Assembly (NCBI GenBank): GCA_951406725.2
Contig: OX597828.1
Location: 64,976,001-65,040,000, forward strand
Direction of reading: 5' to 3'
Source of the DNA: Octopus vulgaris
Taxonomy: Eukaryota
DNA: 64,000 nucleotides
In this document: one piece after another, positions 54,832 to 64,000 of the stretch
Numbering within the stretch: position 1 is the first letter of the stretch
Layout: each line of letters begins with the position of its first letter
Program-made: the position numbers and the translations under genes
The notes under the pieces: generated by a model
Seen by the model: only the letters and a program-made list of their open reading frames with translations
Databases searched by the model: none
What the model was told of the DNA's origin: nothing

Positions 54832-54875
<44 letters not shown>

Positions 54876-55118
54876 AGTATGTGTGTGTGTGTGTGTATAC
54901 ATCTTTTATTTTTTACTGGCTTCAGCTAGAGATTGTGAGCGTTCTGTGGCAGCACCTTTCAGCGTGATTCATTTATTGTCTGTATTGTTCCAGGTGAAAT
55001 AGTGCGTGAACGGGAGGGCTTTTCTCTGTGCCGCCTGCCGCTATATGAGAATCATCTGGTGTCTCAGATAAAAATTTCTCCAGACATTCTTTAATGAACA
55101 CCATATCTACATCTTGGT

Positions 55119-55224
55119 TATACTTCTAGCAACGTCATTTACTGCATCTCCTGCTCTCTCTGTCCTCTCTACATTGGTCAAACGAGACGCCGCTTGGCTG
55201 AATGGTTTGCGGAACACCTCCCAG

Positions 55225-55228
<4 letters not shown>
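55119..55228 (+). mobile_element. Penelope-like GIY-YIG fragment (not in ORF track)
   Basis: YTSSNVIYCISCSLCPLYIGQTRRRLAEWFAEHL. Confidence 0.85.
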
Positions 55229-55278
<50 letters not shown>

Positions 55279-55472
55279 ATTATATATTAATAATCAATTA
55301 TTGTATATACATATAAATGTAAATATGTATGTACATTTATGTGTATATTATATATAAGTATTTATGTATATTTATATATGTATGTATATGTATAAATATA
55401 AGGATGTAAATGTGCGTGTATTTATTTATTTTATATATATTTTTATTTATAACTTAACCTTATGTACTTTAT

Positions 55473-55608
55473 AAAATCTCTGACGAAGCTTAGAGATACA
55501 CCCGAGTACCTCAATTTTATCTACTTATTACTTCAGTATACTGGAGGAATAAATGTAGAATGAGGTAGAGGTATTTTTGCCTCTTGGCTGAAACAGCTGT
55601 AAGATTTT
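55473..55608 (+). ncRNA. Type I hammerhead ribozyme with long stem II
   Basis: AAAATCT-CTGACGA-AGCTTAGAG...CTCTTGGCT-GAAA-CAGCTGT-A-AGATTTT: perfect 7 bp stem I, intact core, GUA cleavage triplet. Confidence 0.75.
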
Positions 55609-55908
55609 TTTCCCAATTTATATTCCTGTATGTTATATTTATAATAATTACTGGTATCTTTATATATTAATATATATTATATGTAAAGCATATGTTATGC
55701 ATGCATGTATAGTCTTGTAATTGTCATTTTAGTAAATAAATAAGTTGACATAATATAATGTTTAAAAGTTGATGAACCACCTATTGATCCCCTCCATTTT
55801 CTTATTGCTCTATAAATTAATGTATATTTGTATAAGTATATAAATAGATATGTATATGCATATGTATACATGAATGTTATAATACCCTATATACATACAT
55901 ACATACAC

Positions 55909-55983
<75 letters not shown>

Positions 55984-58900
55984 GTATTTCAATGATCATA
56001 ACAGATTCTTACATCATATATTTTTCTATGTGTGGCTTTTTGAGAGAATAACACGCAATATTTGTACTGAATGTGGTGTATTATTTAATTAATGTTGCCA
56101 AATTTCCCGGCTAGTATTCTCACACCTGTATAGCATATATTCCAACCTCAAAATGCGAATTTGAAAGTTTCATTCGTGGTTTTCAAACCATTATTACACT
56201 TTATTTTCTAGCAAATATCGATCGCTCTCATACTTTTATAAACCACCAAGTGCTACATATAGAATTTGTAGACTGAACAACTGTTGAAATTGTAATAGAT
56301 GTATGTAACTCAGATACATAAAGTAGTTGGAATATAGGTTGCACAATGTGACTGAAGTGCCACGATATATGCATAGCAGAAGTGTTGGTGATTGCATCGG
56401 CCACGAGTGGAGAGGTGAGAAAATTTATTGCTCTGTAAGGAAACTAAAGCAACAAAAAATTGATGACAGAATGGGAAAGGTCATGTGAGACAAAGATATT
56501 GAGGAAGCGAGTATGAGGGAGATAAATGTAATGACAGCGAGAGGGGTTCGAATATAACCGGAGAGATATGAGTTGTTAGAAGGATATAAAACAAATTATT
56601 TACAATGAAAAATAACTGAATTTATGCTAGGAATGGTAATTCAAAAAGCGGTGAAGGTCGTATTAAAAGGATGCGTGTTTTGCGACTTAAGAAGAGGACA
56701 AACACAGAGACGATTAGCTTAGATATAAAATTTAGAATATATACAGATGGAAATCTACTTTTGTCGTAAGTACGACCAGGACACAGAGATTCATTGCTGA
56801 GGTCTAAAGTAGCTTACCAGAATAATTAAAGTGATATTCTATGTATAGAACGCTAGTCTCACGTGGAGAAGGCTTCAGGAAAAGAAACTCTTGTCTGTCA
56901 TTTTAATGATAAAATTCTGGCCTACACTTATTTAATCTATCTCAATGAAACAGAATATATGTTAAATATTTCAAAATGTTTGAAAATATTTCAGCTGCAA
57001 CAATTCAAACTTTGAGTAAATCAAAAGTTTGCTCTATAATCATATATATACTCATTTGTTATATGCAATTTCGAATTCTTATAAACTTTGCCACTTCTAA
57101 TTCTAAAAGCACCTCATAAATCTTTAGCTTGAATTATTGTGTCACCCTACTTAGCTATCAGCTATAATTTGTAAATAATACATATATGTATGGTTCAATA
57201 GTTCCTTCATAGACAGCAGACCCAAAATTTTATATCAGTACCCTGCTGCGAAGTTGTTGGATTGTTGTCGACAAAATCAGCCTTGAACTATGGAAAACAA
57301 CATTCACTTTACCCGGATTTAGACTGTAACTAAATACTTGCACCGGTTTTATCCGGTTCTTTTATAAGCTTAATAAAAGGAGAGGCATATTGGGGTCATT
57401 TTTGCTTATTTCTTGGAAAAATAAAAGTAGTGACATAATTCTTAGTTTCTTGGTAAGACACCTCGCTTACAAAATGTTTTAAATTATAGGATATTTTGTG
57501 TATAAATTTTATATTTGTGTATAAATTTTATTAAAACATAAAAAATGATGATTGAGTAAATGAAATAATCAAGTCGAACCACCTCCATTTTATCTATGTC
57601 AACAAATTTGGAGTAGAATCACAGATTATACTCCCGTAAATCATTGTTTCAAGAGTCAGAGATAGAACATTTATAACTATTCAGAGACTGAAACTTACTC
57701 CTAAACACTGGCGATATTTCTCATTTTCTGCAGGTCTTGTAAGCTAGTTGTAAAAGCAAAAACCATGATGTCTTGGAGATCCATTTAATCTTAAAATCGA
57801 AATATAGCTGTTATAAATATGTCTCAAAGTGAACATAGTTAATTAACGGCTGTTAAAGACTATGGTGGTCACGTTTTTAAATATCAGTTTGGCTCTTTTC
57901 GCCTTTTATTTATACTAGAGACATTTGCATCACTCGGTATATAGTAAATGCTTCCAGGGTAAGTTTTCGGTTCTTTTAACGAGGCCAGAATTTTGTCCAT
58001 GTATAATTACGTTAACATAATTAAATCAAAAGCTTAATTAACTGTGCTAGACCCTTAGAGTATCTACGAACGTACATAATTAATCAGATACATAGGAAGG
58101 TTATGATTATATGAGACATTCTAATGACATGTATAAATTAAATGGAGTGAAATATTGTTGCAACATTTGCAATTAGCTGCACACAAGTTCAGAGATTTAC
58201 TCAGAAACATGCACAAACATAAATCATATTGTTAATTATCCCTAGGAATTATCTACCTTGATAAGTTGGCTCCCTTTTACCATGCCTTGTAGATACAAAT
58301 AATCATGGAGTTGTGTTCATTCTTCTTCTATTCCGCTGCTCTTTTAAATTGGTAACCCTCCCCTTTGCTGGCATCTCACTTCTATTTCTGGTGTTAAAAT
58401 GTTTCACTAATTTTAGTTGCATTTATTCTGAAACTTCCTTCCTGTCGATATTCTCATTGTAGTTATTTTTCCGAAACAGTCTCGGTTGATGCAAAGAAAT
58501 CTCCTAAGAATTTCCGATGTCACTATTGTGAGGTTCGTTAATATTATAGGTTAGCCCCTTTTTGTCGATTTAATAGTTAAAGATATATATCTTGAATTTA
58601 TGCAGGCTCTAGCATTAGTACACTGAACATCATTTTTGAAAGTAATTATTATAAACATCCACAGAGATAAACAGAACTTAAAGAGGTTTGATAATGCCAT
58701 GTTGAATTCTAAATAGAAAGCCATTTTTAAAATGATATACGTATAATATCTCAAAATGACAGATAAATTATTTTGGTAATTTTACATCCTATCCCTTCCC
58801 CCACATATAAACGTGATAATACCGTAATGGAATGTTAATTAGATATAACTTTATAACAGAGAACGTAAATCGTGTTGTTGAAGCTCGCTAGTTATTCGAA

Positions 58901-60576
58901 AGCTCTCCCCACAAAAGTCCTGAAGAGATATGTAATTTTTCATCAGATTCTATTTACATATAGTTTTAATGCAAAATTCAGTCACTCTTGTAACAAATAC
59001 TTCCTATAGAAATAATTTGCCTGTAGTGTCATCCCTAAAGATATTCACGCGGTAATGACCGAGGTGGATGAACAGTTTAGGGAATGAATCGTATTCCTAG
59101 CATTTACCTAAGCATTAATGTTGCAACAAAAATGCAAACGTCGGTAACCTAGCAACCGCATTTCACTAATTGATATTTGTGATGTTTCAGGTGTTTTTGA
59201 TCAGTGTAATCTTCACGTTAGATACACAAAGAGAATCATTTGTAACGTCTGTCACAGATAGAAAATATTAGAACTAAATAGGAAAAATAATATATTTTGA
59301 GTGTCTTTTCCTTTGTTATCTTCTGTCTTGCGTTCCTCTGAGTATCAGCTAGTGTTGGCATTGTCCTTCATAGATGAGAAGAGAAATTAAATATGAGTCG
59401 AGACAAAATTATTTTCAGCGGCATTCACACTCTTTGGTAGGTGTATGTATAATACTTTTGACCGATGACTAGGTAATATACAGCGTGGTGATTTTATCAT
59501 ATTAGCGTTTCCATAACTTATGTAAATAGGTAGGTTGTTAGGTAAGTAGGTAGATACATGGATAAATATTTTCGTCTTATCAAAAATCAACGATCTCCCA
59601 AATGTCTAAATCGGTTTCTATTACTTTGTGTCCTTTTTACAACTATAGCTATGGTGGAAATATGAGTGTCAAATTAATTCCTTTCACACAGTGATTTATC
59701 ACAGAAGGTTACTTTAGGCAATGTTGATTTATACCTGAGATGACCTGACCAAGCCAATGTTTAAATAGATAATACATATATTTGTTCAGACGCACGGTGT
59801 GTGAAATTTTTTCCCAAAGCTTACAATGAATACAACTCAGCTCAAATTCAATTCAGAAGTATATTTAGAAAGCATGTGCTATATACTTCAGCCTTTACAG
59901 TGTTATTTAGCTTGCGTCCTCAGAAGATTTAGATGTTTGTTTATTTTTTTAATTCTCGAAAGTTTCCTAAACGGATCACGTTTTCTGTTTATCTTATATG
60001 GATTATACAGTACATAAAATTATTTAGACATACTTACTCTTGTAACTTAGTCACATGTGCAGTATTTTAAATCCGTTAACTGATACGTTGTACGATTTTA
60101 TGGTGTTGGTTGTTGTTTAGTACCTGCACTCCTTGAAAATGCTACTTTATAAATTATTTCAAGACAATGTAAATAAATTGTTTACAATATTTTTCACCGT
60201 TTTGAAAGCAGGTCTGTAGCTGTGAATGATTTACTTATACTAGTTTATTCATTTATTCGTACTTAAATCAATCATTAAAACAGACGTTTAATCAAGGGAT
60301 TGCTCTGTTTACAAACATCTGGCAGACGTGATACTGATTTTAATTTCGCCGGACATATATACCGCGAAATTGTGAAACCAGTCATATCTAACATTGGTAA
60401 AAGACTAGGGATTAAGATTATTCCAAAGTACAAATTCAGCTGCTGGTGATAAATACTATTTTCTGTAAGCAAAGCTCGCCATTTATCACATGAATTCGGC
60501 ATTTCTCCATACTATTTACGCCTTAAGCGTTCCAGAAGATTTGGTAACACACACGCACACTCGAACACACACACAC

Positions 60577-60687
<111 letters not shown>

Positions 60688-60924
60688 GATTAGAACACAA
60701 CAACCAAGATTGCGCATTGTACCATCCAGCTCGCCCCTTTAACACATAATAAGATGTTAGTGATCATAATGAACACTCTTAGTAATGGTAGAAGGTCAAG
60801 GACTTATAAATCAACTAAAGATATCCAGGGGGAATTAAAAATAATAAAAATCTCATATAAAAACTTAAAGAATATTGTGTGTTTGAGTGAATGTGTATGT
60901 GCTGGGAGTGGTGAGGTGTCTATA

Positions 60925-61772
60925 TCTACTACATATGTAGGAAATTCTGTCTGTGGGTGTATTTGTGGAGTTGTTAGCTAACTCACCTTATATCATTTTA
61001 TCGATTTTGATGAAACTTGACATGTGAGCAGAACTCATGTCTGGAAACCTCATGGCATACTCAGATTGTTAAAAAGACTCGATAATAGGGAATCTGAAAG
61101 GGATCCTTATATATAACTAATATATTTTATTTTAACATCCAAAGGAAATAACCCATTCGCCCCTGGAAGGGATCCTTATATATAGTCAAGGGAAAATAAC
61201 CCATTCATTTTCCTAAATTATTTGGTATAAATCAAATTGAATATGCCTATTTCTTAGCATTTTAAGTGTCAGAGTTATTTTTGCAACCCTTAAAGAAGTA
61301 AATAGCATTTTCCTTAGCAATAGATCCACTTATTTCGGTTATATTCTCTGGGAACGCACAAAAGCCCTTTTCTGAGTTATTTACTTTGAATTGTTATTAT
61401 CTCATATCTCATTAGCCCGTTATTACGTAACATGCTTCACGATTTTAGTATACATACCTTATTGGTATTTCCTCCTAAGTTCTATATACTCTGGGAAAGC
61501 ATTAAAACCCTTCTCGGGGCTACTTTATATGAATTCTTACTATCGGGTAAATAATTTCATGTTATTACATAACTGACTTCACAATTTGGGTATTCATAAC
61601 TTATTGGGAATTCCTAGAAACAAGATCAGTTCGGTATTCTCTGCAAATGCACAAAGATCGTTTTAAGGGCTACATACTTTGTATTGTTGTTATTGGATTA
61701 GCGAAACAATTATGAGAACGGAACCAAGGTATAAGCTCTGCTTTCCCGGGAATTACCGGGTATGTCAGCTAG
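60925..61772 (+). mobile_element. Non-autonomous Helitron (~850 bp) with internal minisatellite
   Basis: A|TCTACTAC 5' end; CGATTTTGATGAAACTTGACA shared with the other Helitrons; 3' hairpin CCCGG-GAATTA-CCGGG then TATGTCAGCTAG|T. Confidence 0.8.
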
Positions 61773-63427
61773 TTTATAAATAAACTGCTAAGAGGGAGGG
61801 ACATTAAGAATAATAAAAAGTTAAGCAATGAATATTGAACGTCTTACTTATTTACTTAACGCAAACTTATTTTTATCGTTGGTGATTTATTGCGTTTCTT
61901 ATCCGTTTTCTCAGTCTGATAATACTCCCTTGCACTTTAAATAGTTTTATTTTCCACCTGAACAGATACGATCTGTTTTTGTATTTTTTCTACGCTTTTA
62001 ACTGCTTGAAATTTAAACTTTGCATGCCTTTCTTTTTATATTTTTTTATTTAAAGACAAAGGCCACACAGCCGTGTATTTTGTGAAGAACTGCGTAAACG
62101 AGTCAAAACGAAAATGTACAAAATCGAAAATTAATTTTCTGTTCAGACGCAATATAAAATTTCAGAGTAAATAACTTCCACCAAATTAATACTGAGAATA
62201 TATTTGCTAAGTTTTCAAGTTAACTAATTATCTCTATATACATATGTATTAAGTTGTTCGTTGTATCTTTATTTTTGAGCGCATTCGTCAACATACACTT
62301 TCATATATGTGTGAGTAGTATAAATAAGTATGTAAAACACGGTAAATATGTGTTTTTTTATTCTGAAGTGTGTCATTGATTGGGAAACATTCGAGATACC
62401 TTACTACGGTTAGTCGTGTGAGCCAGGAAAACTAATAGGACGCCTGTAAATGTGTTTGGAATTTAATTTTTGAAGTAGATTTCTATCTACTGGAAAACTT
62501 CCAACAGCATTGAAAGAATTAATCATCAAGCCAATACGCAAAAGAAAATTAAGCAAAAGACAATCACATAATTACAGACCTATATCCGTCTTCGTATACG
62601 TAAAGAAATAAGTAGTTCGAAATTTCTTAATTAAGTAAAAGACAATCATTTCTTTAGTAATATTAAATGCTGATTTCGTATCATAGGGTGCTACTTCAGC
62701 ATATTTTCACTTGAAGATTATATGTTTAATGTGTGATTTGAGGAGGACGAAATTTAACAAAACGGAGTGACATTCTGCTAAAGCTTTCGATAACAGTACT
62801 TCAAATGAGTTTGTGTTTCAAACCAAAACATCTAAATATTCCAAAACTAGATGTTCGAATTGCAAGCTCCAAGAAAATCAGACAAGTAGTTACAATAAAA
62901 TGTATACAAAGAGCATATACTCTGTAACCAATTAGATCCCACATAATATTTTTCTCGAATAGATTTTATTTTCCATCGTCAAATCAGAAACTACTGAAAG
63001 GGGAGTCCTTTGTTGTATTATAGGTGGCACTAAAATCTCACTTCAGAGAGAGACAGCGTATCTTACTCAGTGGCAACGCTCTAGCCTGGACTCTATACAT
63101 TACAGGTTAATGAATATTAATTAAGAATAACTTTAGTAGTTAGACGTTCTATAAAAAAGCAGAAATATATGCAGTGGAATATCCTATCCGAGAATTAGCC
63201 AAAATCAAACCATTTTCTGTCCAGTATTTTTGTATTTTGACTTACTGCTCTGCAAACCCCTATTGAAAACGGCCTGCAAAATTGTTCTATGAATTCTCAA
63301 GGACTACTTTATTCGCTAAAAACAATGTCTTTCACTAAATTAAGGCCTTCTATAAAACATCATGCTGATCATTAGATAATGTGAGCGAGGAGAGAGAAAG
63401 AAAGACAGAGAAAGAAAATATATATAT

Positions 63428-63555
<128 letters not shown>

Positions 63556-64000
63556 AACGTTTGTTTATAATTACAAAGAAAATCTCAGAAGTAATAAAAA
63601 CATTGCAAGTGAACCTTGGTAAGCCGAGTTACTTGTACCTACGTAACTAATTTTTGTGCGTGGTCTTAAGTCAGCTGTGCTTTTCGACAAGCACCTCCTG
63701 CACGAAACCTTTAGGTATATACAATAGCTTTAAAGAAATAACAGGTAAAACAAAGTATATATATATATATATAAACTTCATTTCATATCAGAGAGTCCCA
63801 TCATCTATCTAGTGTCCTTACACAAAGTAAGGTGCGGAGGTTGTATATCAATACAGATCGTAATGAAACACAGTGGCTGTAAATCTCCGGGTAACCGAAG
63901 CACACTACATTAAAATACTAATGCACATCCTGAAAAACTGGAGTGAGCTGCATATATGGAAAAAACAAAATACAAACGGTTATGATAATGAAATTTTAAG

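Noticed and set aside
57720-59190. Acceptor-like sites TTTTCTGCAG (57732) and TGTTTCAG (59190); donor-like GTAAGT at 40615
   Set aside because: No supporting reading frame or paired splice site; such motifs are common by chance.

Overview
AT-rich, microsatellite-saturated eukaryotic DNA, almost all intronic/intergenic. The tRNA-derived SINE families (Nin-domain and CORE-like) point to an octopus/coleoid genome (inference). The main feature is a ~6.1 kb Helitron (10222-16363, minus) with both termini and a Rep/Helicase gene broken by a single 1-nt frameshift. A ~380 bp non-autonomous derivative lies 1.35 kb away, and a third, more distant Helitron is at 60925-61772. Other content: two mariner relics, R4/Dong-, CR1-like and RTE LINE fragments, Penelope-like (PLE) RT and GIY-YIG fragments, about 15 SINEs, and a set of minimal hammerhead-ribozyme motifs of the PLE type. 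These include one with a ~100-nt stem II and an inverted pair forming a 224-bp palindrome. The only host coding trace is a frameshifted ankyrin-repeat exon in the loop of a ~1 kb inverted duplication. Most ORFs in the supplied track are microsatellite translations. I found no evidence of a wholly new biological system; the best leads are unusual mobile-element and ribozyme structures.
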